DNA of 64,000 nucleotides, from positions 558,001 to 622,000 of the forward strand of contig NW_027253183.1 in assembly GCF_044704955.1 (NCBI RefSeq), read 5' to 3'. Source of the stretch: Pristiophorus japonicus (lineage: Eukaryota). Every line of letters starts with the position of its first letter. Positions within the stretch are counted from its first letter, which is position 1. The position numbers were made by a program, and so were the translations under genes. The notes below the pieces were generated by a model, which was given only the letters and a program-made list of their open reading frames with translations, had not been told where the DNA came from and searched no databases. Shown here piece after piece: positions 25,001 to 37,050 of this stretch.

Positions 25001-25430
25001 TCCAGGCCTATCCTTGTCCTTATCCGTAACCAACTTGAATCTGACTGAATTATGGTCACTGGCACTGGTGCTCTCCCCCCTTCAACCTGCCCAGCTTCAT
25101 TCCCCAAAACTAAATCCAAGTCAGCCCCCTCTCGTGTTGGGCTTGCTACAGACTGACTAAAAAAAGTTCTCTTGAATGCATTTCAAGAATTCCGCACCCT
25201 CTATAGCCTTCACACTAAATTTGTCCCAATCAATATTTGGATAGTTAAAATCCCCGACTATTACTACCCTTTGGTTTTTGGACTTCACAGTAATTTGCCT
25301 ACATATTTGCTCCTCTATCTCCCTCCCACTGTTTGGGGGTCGATAATACACTCCCAGCCGTATGATCGTCCCTTTTTAACTTTTCAGTTCGACCCATATG
25401 GCCTCATTTGATGATCCCTCTAACATATAT
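22067..25430 (-). mobile_element. CR1 LINE (second subfamily, extended 3'UTR), endonuclease to 3' end
   Basis: YYRPPNS, VGDFNYPNIDW, KSPGPDEMHPR, VPQGSVVGPLLF, FADDT. Confidence 0.92.
22460..22889 (-). mobile_element. Solo LTR-like insertion, possibly ERV-type
   Basis: 430-bp insertion in the CR1 3'UTR; on - it begins TGAAG and ends CACCACA, with AATAAA ~90 nt before the end; 3-4 bp of target (GTC/GTCT) duplicated. Confidence 0.6.
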
Positions 25431-25994
25431 GTCCATTGTGCCCCTTAGTGGTCCACACTTCAGCCAGCAACACTTCCATAGTTGAGAATCTGGGAGGCCA
25501 TCCAGCTGCTGACCCCTCCCCTCACCTCATTCGACTTAATGAAGGGAAGGTGGGAGCTGTACCGGAGAATCACCAGGGAGGGAGAGAGTAGCGGTTTTGC
25601 TGGGAACACGAGCATCAAATTTTGTTTTCTCCAAAGTCCTTTTAGTAACATTCACGTAACTTCATAACTACGGGAAACAGCAGTTTTAACAATAAAAAAG
25701 TACAAGTAGTAAACCGATCAACTCACTTAAAATACTTTTACAATTGAAAACGTAACTGGCATAAAAATTTTAAATATTTCAAACTCCCAATAAAAAAGCC
25801 CTGCTGTTGATTAAAATGCTTTGTGACGTTTTGCCTTCAGGCCTGCCTCTAACCCACTGTTCCAGTCCCCAACCCCTCTCTGCTATTTGCTCACAAACCG
25901 GGCCCCTGTCTCGACCTGCCCTCGACCTGTTGAGCACTGATTATATCTTGTGGTTCCTCATCTGTTCTGATCATCAGTTATTTACTATTCACGG

Positions 25995-26351
25995 GTCTAA
26001 AGGCAAGTCCGGTTCTTATCCAGTCCCCAGAAGTTGTGACGATGCTCGAAGATGGGATGGTGTAGTTTCGCTGTGCCCTGGAGAGCAGCAATGTGAATGA
26101 CCGTGTGGATAAATATACTGTACACTGGTACCACCCATCAATTGGGAAAAGCAAACCTTTATTGACTCTTTCTGTAGCTGGCGAGGTTTAACAAAACAAT
26201 GGCTTCTTTAAACAGTTTGAGCTTTCCAGAGATGTTTCCATTAACAGCTACATTCTGACCATCAGAGGCGTGCAGCACAGAGACAGCACTGTCTATATTT
26301 GTGGTATTTGGGGAACAATCTATGGAAATGGAACCCGGCTGAATGTAACCG
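25995..26351 (+). pseudogene. Pseudogenised Ig V-set exon with fused J-like strand, paralog of 2253-2597
   Basis: LKASPVLIQSPEVVTMLEDGMV*FRCALE...VHWYH...GEV*...SRDVSINSYILTIRGVQHRDSTVYICGIWGTIYGNGTRLNVT; stops TAG 26063-26065 and TAA 26189-26191; acceptor CAG changed to CGG; donor G|GTAAGT intact. Confidence 0.9.
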
Positions 26352-26858
26352 GTAAGTACCTTTTACATTATATTGCTTTTATTCCCAACTATGTTACCAT
26401 ACAAGCATCTTATTTATGTTACACAAACTGTTTCTTTTCCAGTAACAATACGGAGTTATGCGTACAGAATAGAGGGTGAAATCTGAGCCAGACTTTGATA
26501 TTTTTGCCTTCCACGTTGAGCAGGAGAGGTGTGTTCAAGAGTTAAATACTGGAAACACGTCCCCAACATACCACGCAAGAAGGGGAGGGTTATTGTGGTC
26601 TCCAAGCATCCTGCCCTGGAGCGGCAGGACACTTTATTAAGGTATTTAAATCAGGCTCCCACAGTGCAATTGGGAGCCTGATTTAAAATGTACTGTTGCT
26701 GCACGGGTTGCCTGTGGCCTCTCTCAGCCCCTCCAGATCACAACCTGTCCATCTCTCTCCCTCCGGGTTGCCGTGGACCGACCAAGTGTTGCCGCTGCTG
26801 TTCCCTCCCTACCGCTGACCAGGCTGTCCATGTGTCCAGCTGCCGGGCAGGACATGGA

Positions 26859-27627
26859 ATTACATTGGGCCAGAAATTGCGGGTGGAGGCGTCCGACCTG
26901 AAAAATTTCTACGAATGTACCTGGTGGTCCCGGAGGAGCATGGGATTGTGGGATTGCGTTAGGGAAGCCTTCTCATCCCGTGCTGCAAAAGGTGCTCCCG
27001 TCCTCCAGGTTCCCTCACAGAAGGTGCAGTCACATGTGACTGCTCACCCAATCAGGTACAATATTCCACAACTTGCTCATTAATAGCAATGAGAACTCCG
27101 TATCTACCAGTTCTCATTGCTATTAATGAGAAAAAACAAACACAATAAACACCATAATAAAAAATTTAAAAACACACCTCACATAATTAAAATTAATTGA
27201 AATTAAACTTAAAAATGCATTAGAAAAAAAAGATTTTTCCGATTTTTTTAAAAAAGTTTTGTAATTAGGGTTAAAAATAAACTTACCTTGGTGGGCAGGG
27301 TTTTTAACAATAAAATGTGTTTTGTTATTATATTTTTGTGCTTTAAAACTCTTATGCCTGTAACAGTAGGCTATGCACCTGCTTTTATCAGGTGCAAGAG
27401 TTTTGAGGACATTTGCTGGGCAAGATATGGGTAAATCCCACAGTCTTGCCCAAGCAAATGTCCTCGCTCCCGAGATGCGGATGATCTGTCAAGCCTTGAC
27501 AGATCGGAAAACCCGTTTTTCAGCGCATGCGCATTGTGCGCTGAAAACCGACGTTTGCGATGCATTCCCGGGTCCGTACACACTCCGTACGGACCTGGGG
27601 AGGCCGGGATTTCCAGGCCAATGTAAT
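26859..27627. mobile_element. Non-autonomous TIR element (Harbinger-like MITE)
   Basis: Imperfect ~19-bp inverted ends ATTACATTGGGCCAGAAAT / ATTTCCAGGCCAATGTAAT; AT-rich core without an ORF. Confidence 0.6.
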
Positions 27628-27799
27628 GGGGTCTCGCCGTTAAGTTCAGCTGGACCCAAGTGTCCTGCTCTTACCGCGTTTTCTGTCCATGTTCAGCCTC
27701 CGTGTAGATATCAGGGCCTCTATATCGGTTCGTGAGGAGTAAGCTGGTAGTTCAATACAGTACCGAGTGAGTGTGGTATCAGGTGTGATGCCTGTTGAT

Positions 27800-28080
27800 T
27801 GAGACATTAAATTGAGGCTTTGTCTGTTCATGGGATATAAAAGGTGCTGTGACACGATTTGGACCTCCCGCTGTCCCACCGCGATTTGGACCTCCCGCTG
27901 TCCCGGACAATATTTGTCACTCAGCCAACATTACTAAAACAAATTATCTGAACGTTTATCTCATTGCTGTTTGTGGGAGCTTGCTGTGCACAAATTGGCT
28001 GCTGTGTTTTCATAAATAAGTGGCTATAAGTCAAAATGATTTCATTGGCTGTGAAGTGCTTTTCTGGAAACTGCTATATA
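27800..28080 (+). mobile_element. Degraded DeuSINE (SacSINE1-like) copy
   Basis: GAGACATTAAATTGAGG..GTCTG and CTGTTTGTGGGAGCTTGCTGTGCACAAATTGGCTGC resemble 63480-63730. Confidence 0.6.
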
Positions 28081-29039
28081 ACTGGTTTATCTATTTGTTC
28101 TGGGGTATGTGTGGTACTGATGAGGAATATTCAATGCCCAGCCTTAGTTGCCGGTTGCATTGAGTCAGCAATGTCGTGTGGGACTGGAGTCACGTGTAGG
28201 TCAGAACAGTTAGAGGTAGCACGTCCATCCCTGAAGGACATTATTGTATCAGTTGGCTTTTTAATGACAATCCAGCAGCTTTCATGGTCCTTTGTCTGGT
28301 GCCAGCCCATAAATTACCCAGATTTAAAACATTTTATTTCACAATTTCCCATGCTGAGATTTGGGCTCTGATTTGGTAGTACCACAACTATTGGACCACA
28401 ATAATCTCTGCAAGTTAATCTATTAAAATGCATAAAGTTTACAAAATGTACAGGAATAATAAAGCAGCTGGCAAAGTGGCAATAACAAAATCAATAAAAC
28501 AACTTGTATTTGTACAGAGCACCTGGAGATTTTTCTTTGCCATGGAATAAGCAGGAAAGGGATATGATTAATATTAAGTTTGGGGGGAGGGGATGAAATG
28601 GAGCAGTGCGGTGTCACAGGTGCTTGGAGTCCACGGAAGGAACCTGACCCGTTCTAATGTATATCCTGTGTTGTTACAGCATTCATTAACTTCCTTCCTT
28701 TAATCTCTCTCTCTCCCCGACCCAACGAGCCACAGGGTCAGCCGAGTAAAGAAAGAACTTATGTTAATATAGCGCCTTTCATGACCTTTAGTCCCAAAGC
28801 CCTTTACAGCCAGGGAAGTACTTTTGAGGTGTCGTCACTGTTGTAATGTAGAAAACACGGCTGACAATTTGGGCACAGATAGGTAGTTGTCACAGAGGTG
28901 ATTTCATCCAGTTGTTCAAACTACAAACATCACATCAAGAGATTGATCATCGGGTTCATAGGTGGGTTTTCATACTAAAATCAGGAACCCAAAATATTCA
29001 ACTAACAGTTTTTCTTCTTCACCAACATTTCTGCAACAG

Positions 29040-29145
29040 GACTTACTGACATTAAAGAGCTTGTGATATTTGTCCTGCCTGATCATTTTACTGATGCAGT
29101 TGTGCATGCAGCACCACTCGTACTATTCATTGGCTGCTCGTCCTG
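29040..29145 (+). pseudogene. Possible frameshifted transmembrane exon
   Basis: Branch-like CTAAC, pyrimidine tract and CAG acceptor, phase 1. Joining two frames gives KELVI-LSCLIILLMQLC-AAPLVLFIGC, but this needs two compensating frameshifts. Confidence 0.3.
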
Positions 29146-29191
29146 TAGTGCGGTGGTGGGGTGGGGGGGCAACTAATGGACAGGAGGAACG

Positions 29192-30411
29192 AGATCCACC
29201 TCTGGGCAGGTACCCCTCCAGATCCACCTCTGGCCAGGAGCCCCTCCAGGTCCACCTCTGGCCATGAGCCCCTCCAGATCCACCTCTGGCCATGAGCCCC
29301 TCCAGATCCACCTCTGGCCATGAGCCCCTCCAGACCCACCTCTGGGCAGGTACCCCTCCAGATCCACCTCTGGCCATGAGCCCCTCCAGATCCACCTCTG
29401 GGCAGGTACCCCTCCAGATCCACCTCTGGCCATGAGCCCCTCCAGATCCACCTCTGGGCAGGTACCCCTCCAGATCCACCTCTGGGCAGGTACCCCTCCA
29501 GACCCACCTCTGGGCAGGTACCCCTCCAGATCCACCTCTGGCCAGGAGCCCCTCCAGGTCCACCTCTGGCCAGGAGCCCCTCCAGGTCCACCTCTGGCCA
29601 GGAGCCCCTCCAGGTCCACCTCTGGCCAGGAGCCCCTCCAGGTCCACCTCTGGCCAGGAGCCCCTCCAGGTCCACCTCTGGCCAGGAGCCCCTCCAGGTC
29701 CACCTCTGGCCAGGAGCCCCTCCAGGTCCACCTCTGGCCAGGAGCCCCTCCAGGTCCACCTCTGGCCAGGAGCCCCTCCAGGTCCACCTCTGGCCAGGAG
29801 CCCCTCCAGGTCCACCTCTGGCCAGGAGCCCCTCCAGGTCCACCTCTGGCCAGGAGCCCCTCCAGGTCCACCTCTGGCCAGGAGCCCCTCCAGGTCCACC
29901 TCTGGCCAGGAGCCCCTCCAGGTCCACCTCTGGCCAGGAGCCCCTCCAGGTCCACCTCTGGCCAGGTGCCCCTCCAGGTCCACCTCTGGCCAGGAGCCCC
30001 TCCAGGTCCACCTCTGGCCAGGAGCCCCTCCAGACCCACCTCTGGCCAGGAGCCCCTCCAGACCCACCTCTGGCCAGGAGCCCCTCCAGACCCACCTCTG
30101 GCCAGGAGCCCCTCCAGACCCACCTCTGGGCAGGAGCCCCTCCAGACCCACCTCTGGGCAGGAGCCCCTCCAGACCCACCTCTGGGCAGGAGCCCCTCCA
30201 GACCCACCTCTGGCCAGGAGCCCCTCCAGACCCACCTCTGGCCAGGAGCCCCTCCAGACCCACCTCTGGCCAGGAGCCCCTCCAGACCCACCTCTGGCCA
30301 GGAGCCCCTCCAGACCCACCTCTGGCCAGGAGCCCCTCCAGACCCACCTCTGGCCAGGAGCCCCTCCAGACCCACCTCTGGCCAGGAGCCCCTCCAGACC
30401 CACCTCTGGCC
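29192..30411. repeat. 28-bp minisatellite (GGCCAGGAGCCCCTCCAGGTCCACCTCT), ~43 copies
   Basis: Direct tandem repetition with blocks of variant units. Confidence 0.97.
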
Positions 30412-30412
30412 C

Positions 30413-31903
30413 AGTTGGTGAGAGGCGGGAGCGGCCTATAAAAGGCCCAGCGGGAGATCGAGAGCCAGCGGCAGTTGGTGAGAGGCGGGAGCGGCCTATA
30501 AAAGGCCCAGCGGGAGATCGAGAGCCAGCGGCAGTTGCTGAGAGGGGAGCGGCCTATAAAAGGCCCAGCGGGAGATCGAGAGCCAGCGGCAGTTGGTGAG
30601 AGGTGGGAGCAGTGTTGGAGCGGCCTATAAAGGCGTACTTGTGCAGCTACTGCGGGAGAGAAAGCAAAATAGAAGTAGAAAGGGATCAAAAGGTGACGTC
30701 ACAGCCAATGGGGTAAGTGATTTGCTAGTGATTGGTGAGTAGCTTTTCTTTTTATTTTTATATCAGTAAGTGAACTGTAACATTGTTATTACCAATTTAA
30801 GGGTATCTAAGGGTTAAGGCATGGCAGGAGAGCTCGATCACGTGATATGCTCCTCCTGTACCATGTGGGAACTCAGGGACACTTCCGGTGTCCCTGACGA
30901 CTACGTGTGTGAGAAGTGTATCCGCCTCGAGCTCCTGACGGTCCGCGTTGCGGAATTGGAGCTGAGGGTGGATTCACTCTGGACCATCCACGATTCTGAG
31001 AATGACGTGAGTATCACGTGTAGTGAGTTGGTCTTACCGCAGGAGAAGGGTCCACAGCCAGATAGGGAATGGAAGACCAGCAGGAAGAGCAGTGCAAGGA
31101 AGGTAGTGCAGGGGTCCCCTGTGGTCATCCCCCTGCAAAACAGATACACCGCTTTGAGTACTGTTGGGGGGGATGACTCATCAGGGGAGGGCAGCAGCAG
31201 CCAAATTCATGGCACCGTGGCTGGCTCTGCTGCACAGGTGGGCAGGAAAAAGCGTGGGAGCGCGATAGTGATAGGGGATTCAATGGTGAGGGGAATAGAT
31301 AGGCGTTTCTGCGGCCGCAACCGAGACTTCAGGATGGTATGTTGCCTCCCTGGTGCAAGGGTCAAGGATGTCTCGGAGCGGGTGCAGGACATTCTGAAAT
31401 GGGAGGGAGAACAGCCAGTTGTCGTGGTGCACATTGGTAAAAAAAGGGATGAGGTCCTACGAAATGAATTTAAGGAGCTAGGAGCTAAATTAAAAAGTAG
31501 GACCTCAAAAGTAGTAATCTCGGGATTGCTACCAGTGCCACGTGCTAGTCAGAGTAGGAATCGCAGGATAGCGCAGATGAATACGTGGCTTGAGCAGTGG
31601 TGCAGCAGAGGAGGACAAAGGGTTTGATTAGGGCAGGGAAAATGGAGTGCGAGAAGAAGCTTGCAGGGAATATTAAGACGGATTGCAAAAGTTTCTATAG
31701 GTATGTAAAGAGAAAAAGGTTAGTAAAGACAAACGTAGGTCCCCTGCAGTCAGAATCAGGGGAAGTCATAACGGGGAACAAAGAAATGGCAGACCAATTG
31801 AACAAGTACTTTGGTTCAGTATTCACTAAGGAGGACACAAACAACCTTCCGGATATAAAAGGGGTCAGAGGGTCTAGTAAGGAGGAGGAACTGAGGGAAA
31901 TCT
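30413..31903 (+). mobile_element. CR1 5' portion: 60-bp 5'UTR repeats, ORF1 (zinc finger/leucine zipper + SGNH esterase), internal deletion into ORF2, no 3' tail
   Basis: CSSC..W..CEKC, VAELELRVDSL, VIGDSMVRG, CLPGARVKDV, VVVHIG; junction at CAGCAG microhomology near 31602. Confidence 0.9.
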
Positions 31904-32131
31904 TGGCCCTCCAGGTCCACCCCTGGCCAGGAGCCCCTCCAGGTCCACCCCTGGCCAGGAGCCCCTCCAGGTCCACCCCTGGCCAGGAGCCCCTCCAGGT
32001 CCACCCCTGGCCAGGTGCCCCTCCAGGTCCACCCCTGGCCAGGTGCCCCTCCAGGTCCACCCCTGGCCAGGTGCCCCTCCAGGTCCACCCCTGGCCAGGT
32101 GCCCCTCCAGGTCCACCTCCGGCCAGGAGCC
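31904..32131. repeat. Continuation of the 28-bp minisatellite (~8 copies, CCACCCCT variant)
   Basis: Same unit as 29192-30411. Confidence 0.95.
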
Positions 32132-32985
32132 TCTCCGGGCATCTACTGTGGAGGCAGCGCGAAGGAATTGCAGAGCATGTCAATGGCAGGAATATTGCAC
32201 CCAGATCGTGGCTACAATGCCGGAAGACATTTAATGATCTACCTGGAGTTGTTAAGATACGAACACTGATCTCATCCCTGCTCACAGCTGCACCACCTCA
32301 CAGCACCCAAGTCCCTTCCATAAGTTCCCTTCATTCTCCTACACTCACTAAACCATACTTCACTGCTTCTCCTTCTCATACTCAGACACTCATCACGGGT
32401 ACAACCCTGACTTGCCCACAACTCACATCTCACACACTCATTATCAGCTATTCCACCATGACCACCACATGTTCCTCAAGTCTCTCACTAACATGACACT
32501 GTTTTCTTGCAGAAGGTGGTCACACACAACTCAAGACAGCAACTGTCACCGGAGGAGGCACAGTCCACCTGCACACTCTCCTTCCCCGCCCTTGAAGAAA
32601 ACGTGCTTGCCATCAGGGGCGGGAGAGAGTTGATGTCGAGGCAACTGGCAGAGGTTGGGGCAACTGGAGGTGACGTTGCACAGGGTGTCTTCACACCTCA
32701 TTCTCTCTGTCCCTTCTGACCTCTCTCACCACTCTCACTGCAAGCTTCAGATACTTTCAGCACTTCTCTCTCTCGGCACTCCATTCTCACCACAGGCTAA
32801 CCCTTGTTTCTCTCTCTCCATTTTAGGTCATGATAATGGAGAAGAGGAGTATAGGCAGAGGAGGCCAGCCTTCCGGAAGATGCAGTCACAGGCACCAACT
32901 CAGATACTGGTATCATGCGGATCTTATAGGCTTGATTAGAGTAGATGTCTACACGCGGTGACACACAGGGCACAAATGCTCAGCG
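32120..32985 (+). mobile_element. Harbinger-associated Myb/SANT-like gene remnant
   Basis: EGIAEHVNGRNIAPRSWLQCRKTFNDL followed by intron-like pyrimidine-rich sequence. Confidence 0.65.
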
Positions 32986-35900
32986 TCTAGAAACATAGAA
33001 AATAGGTGCAGGAGGAGGCCATTTGGCCCTTTGAACCTGCACCACCATTCAATAAGATCATGGCTGATCATTCACCTCAGTACCCCTTTCCTGCTTTCTC
33101 TCCATACCCCTTGATCCCTTTAGCCATAAGGGCCATATCTAACTCCCTCTTGAATATATCCAATGAACTGGCATCAACAAATCTCTGCAGTAGGCATTTC
33201 CACAGGTTAACAACTCTCTGAGTGAAGAAGTTTCTCCTCATCTCAGTCCAAAATGACTTGCCCCTTATCCTGAGACTATGTCCCCTGGTTCTGGACTTCC
33301 CCAACATTGGGAATATGCTTCCTGCATCTAACCTGTCCCGCCCCCTCAGAATGTTATATGTTTCTATGAGATTCCCTCTCATCCTTCTAAAATCCAGTGA
33401 ATACAGGCCCAGTCGATCCAATCTCTCCTCATATGTCAGTCCTGCCATCCCGGGAATCAGTCTGGTGAACCTTCGCTGCACTCCCTCAATAGCAAGAATG
33501 TCCTTCCTCAAGTTAGGAGACCAAAACTGAACACAATATTCCAGGTGTGGCCTCACCAAGGCCCTGTAGAACTGTAGCAACACCTCCCTGCCCCTGTACT
33601 CAAATCCCCTCGCTATGAAGGCCAACATGCCATTTGCTTTCTTAACTGCCTGCTGTACCTGCATGCCAACCTTCAATGACTGATGTACCATGACACCCAG
33701 GTCTCGTTGTACCTCCCCTTTTCCTAATCTGTCATCATTCAGATAATAGTCTGTCTCTCTGTTTTTACCACCAAAGTGGATAACCTCACATTTATCCACA
33801 TTATACTTGACCTGCCATGCATTTGCCCACTCACCTAACCTATCCAAGCCTCATAGCATCCTCCTCGCAGCTCACACTGCCACCCAACTTAGTGTCATCC
33901 GCAAATTTGGAGATACTACATTTAATCCCCTCTTCCAAATCATTAATGTACAATGTAAACAGCTGGGGCCCCAGCACAGAACCTTGCGGTACCCCACGAG
34001 TCACTGCCTGCCATTCTGAAAAGTACCCATTTACTCCTACTCTTTGCTTCCTGTCTGCCAAACAATTCTCAATCCACACTACCCCCAGTCCCATGTGCTT
34101 TAACTTTGCACATTAATCTCTTGTGTGGGACCTTGTCGAAAGCCTTCTGAAAGTCCAAATACACCACATCAACTGGTTCTCCCTTGTCCACTCTACTGGA
34201 AACATCATCAAAAAAATTCCAGAAGATTTGTCAAGCATGATTTCCCTTTCACAAATCCATGCTGACTTGGACCTATCTTGTCACCTTTTTCCAAATGCGC
34301 TGCTATGACATCCTTAATAATTGATTCCATCATTTTACCCACTACCGATGTCAGGCTAACTGGTCTATAATTCCGTTTTCTCTCCCTCCTTTTTTAAAAA
34401 GTGGGGTTACATTTGCTACCCTCCACTCCATAGGAACTGATCCAGAGTGTATGGAATGTTGGAAAATGACTCTCAATGCAGCCGCTATTTCCAAGGCCAC
34501 CTCCTTATGTACTCTGGGATGCAGACCATCAGGCCCTGGGGATTTATCGGCCTTCAATCCCATCAATTTCCCCAGCACAATTTCCCAACTAATAAGGATT
34601 CCCCTCAGTTCCTCCTTCTTACTAGACCCTCTGACCCCTTTTATATCCGGAAAGTTGTTTGTGTCCTCCTTAGTGAATACCAAACCAAAGTACTTGTTCA
34701 ATTGATCTGCCATTTCTTTGTTCCCCGTTATGACTTCCCCTGATTCTGACTGCAGGGGACCTACGTTTGTCTTTACTAACCTTTTTCTCTTTACATATCT
34801 GTCGAAGCTTTTGCAATCCGTCTTAATGTTCCCTGCAAGCTTCCTCTCATACTCTATATTCCCTGCCCTAATCAAACCCTTTGTCCTCCTCTGCTGAGTT
34901 CTAAATTTCTCCCAGTCCCCGGGTTCGCTGCTATTTCTGGCCAATTTGTATGCCACTTCCTTGGCTTTAATACTATCCCTGATTTCCCTTGATAGCCACG
35001 GTTGAGCCACCTTCCCTTTTTTATTTTTACACCAGACAGGGATGTACAATTGTTGTAGTTCATCCACGTGGTCTCTAAATGTTTGCCATTGCCCATCCAC
35101 AGTCAACCCCTTAAGTATAATTCGCCAATCTATCCTAGCCAATTCACGCCTCATACCTTCAACGCTACCCTTCTTTAAGTTCTGGACCATGGTCTCTGAA
35201 TTAACTCTTTCATTCTTCATCCTAATGTAGAATTCCACCATATTATGGTCACTCTTCCCCAAGGGGCCTCGCACAACGAGATTGCTAATTAATCCTCTCT
35301 CATTACACAACACCCAGTCTAAGATGGCCTCCCCCCTGGTTGGTTACTCGACATATTGGTCTAGAAAACCATCCCTTATGCACTCCAGGAAATCCTCTTG
35401 CACCGTATTGCTTCCAGTTTGGTTAGCTCAATCTATATGCATATTAAAGTCACCCATGATAACTGCTGCACCTTTATTGCATGCACGCCTAATTTCCTGT
35501 TTGATGCCCTCCCCAACATTACTACTGTTTGGAGGTCTGTACACAACTCCCACTAACTTGTTTTGCCCTTTGGTGTTCTGCAGCTCTACCCATACAGATT
35601 CCACATCATCCAAGCTAATGTCCTTCCTAACTATTGTATTAATCTCCTCTTTAACCAGCAATGCTACCCCACCTCCTTTTCCTTTTATTCTATCCTTCGT
35701 GAATGTTGAATACCCTTGGATGTTGAGTTCCCAGCCCTGATCATCCTGGAGCCACGTCTCCGTAATCCCAATCACATCATATCTGTTAACATCTATTTGC
35801 ACAGTTAATTCATCCACCTTATTACAGATACTCCTTGCATTAAAACACAAAGCCTTCAGGCTTGTTTTTTTAACACCCTTTGTCCTTTTAGAATTATGAT

Positions 35901-37050
35901 GTAGTGTGGCCCTTTTTGTCTCTTGCCTTTGTTTACTCGGCGTTCCACTATTGCTTGTTACCTTTCTACCATCTGTTTCTGATACCATATTACTTCGCCC
36001 TGTCTTGCTGCATAGGTTCCCATCCCCGTGCCATATTAGTTTAAACACTCCCGAACTGCATTAGCAAATGTTACCCCCAGGACATCAGTTCCAGTCTTGC
36101 CCAAGTGCAGACCGTCCCTTTTGTACAGGTCCCACTTCCCCCAGAACTGTTCCAATATCCCAGGAATTTGAATCCCTTCCTCTTGCACCACTGCTCAAGC
36201 CATGTATTCTAACTATCCTGCTTCCTCTACTCTGATTAGCACGTGGCACTGGTAGCAATCCAGAGATTACTACCTTTGAGGTCCTACTTTTTAATTTAAC
36301 TCCTAGCTCCCTAAATTCAGCTTGTAGGCCCTCTTCCCGCTTCTTACCTATATCGTTGGTACCGATATGTACCACGACAACTGGCTGTTCACCCTCCCTC
36401 TCTAGAATGCTCTGCAGCCACTCCGAGACATTCTTGACCCTTGCACCAGGGAGGCAACATACCATCTTGGAGTCTCGGTTGCGGCCGCAGAAACTCCCAT
36501 CTATTCCCTTTACAATAGAGTTCCCTATCACTATAGCTCTCCCACTCTTTTTCCAACCCTTCTGTGCAGCAGAGCCACCCATGGTGCCATGAACCTGGCT
36601 GCTGGTGCCTTCCCCTGGTAAGTCATCTCCCCCAACAGTATCCAAAACGGTATATCTGTTTTGGAGGGAGATGACCGCAGGGGACTCCTGCACTACCTTC
36701 CTGCTCTTGCCTTGTCTCTTGGTCACCCATTCACTATCAGTCCTAACTCTTACCTGCGGTGTGACCAACTCACTAAATGTGCTATCCATAACATTCTCAG
36801 CATCGCGTATGCTCCAGAGTGAGTCCATCCGCAGCTCCAATGCCATCATGTGGTCTGTCAGGAGCTGCAGCTGGACACTTTTCGCACACATACAGTAGTC
36901 AGGGACACTTCCCACATAGCACAGGATGAGCATGACACGGGTCTGAGCTCTCCTGCCATGACTTAACCCTTAAATTATTCACTTACTAAAATTTACTTAA
37001 ACACCAAACAGCTACTTAGTAGTTCGCTGCCAATTAAACCGATCTAAAAG
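32986..37050 (-). mobile_element. Near full-length CR1 LINE (ORF1 esterase + ORF2 EN-RT), frameshifted
   Basis: ORF1 36085-36960 (VVVHIGTNDIG); EN 35428-36048 (GITETWL); RT 33077-35313; 3' tail at ~32990. Confidence 0.95.

Noticed and set aside
27697-27727. Small exon candidate reading PPCRYQGLYI, a possible proximal ITAM half
   Set aside because: Needs a 1-nt deletion to end in phase 0, has a weak donor, and lies upstream of the putative TM exon
29192-30411. CRISPR-like appearance of the 28-bp repeats
   Set aside because: Units are contiguous with no unique spacers, and the context is eukaryotic
29123-30689. ORFs of 329-520 aa on both strands
   Set aside because: Artefacts of a stop-free 28-bp tandem repeat
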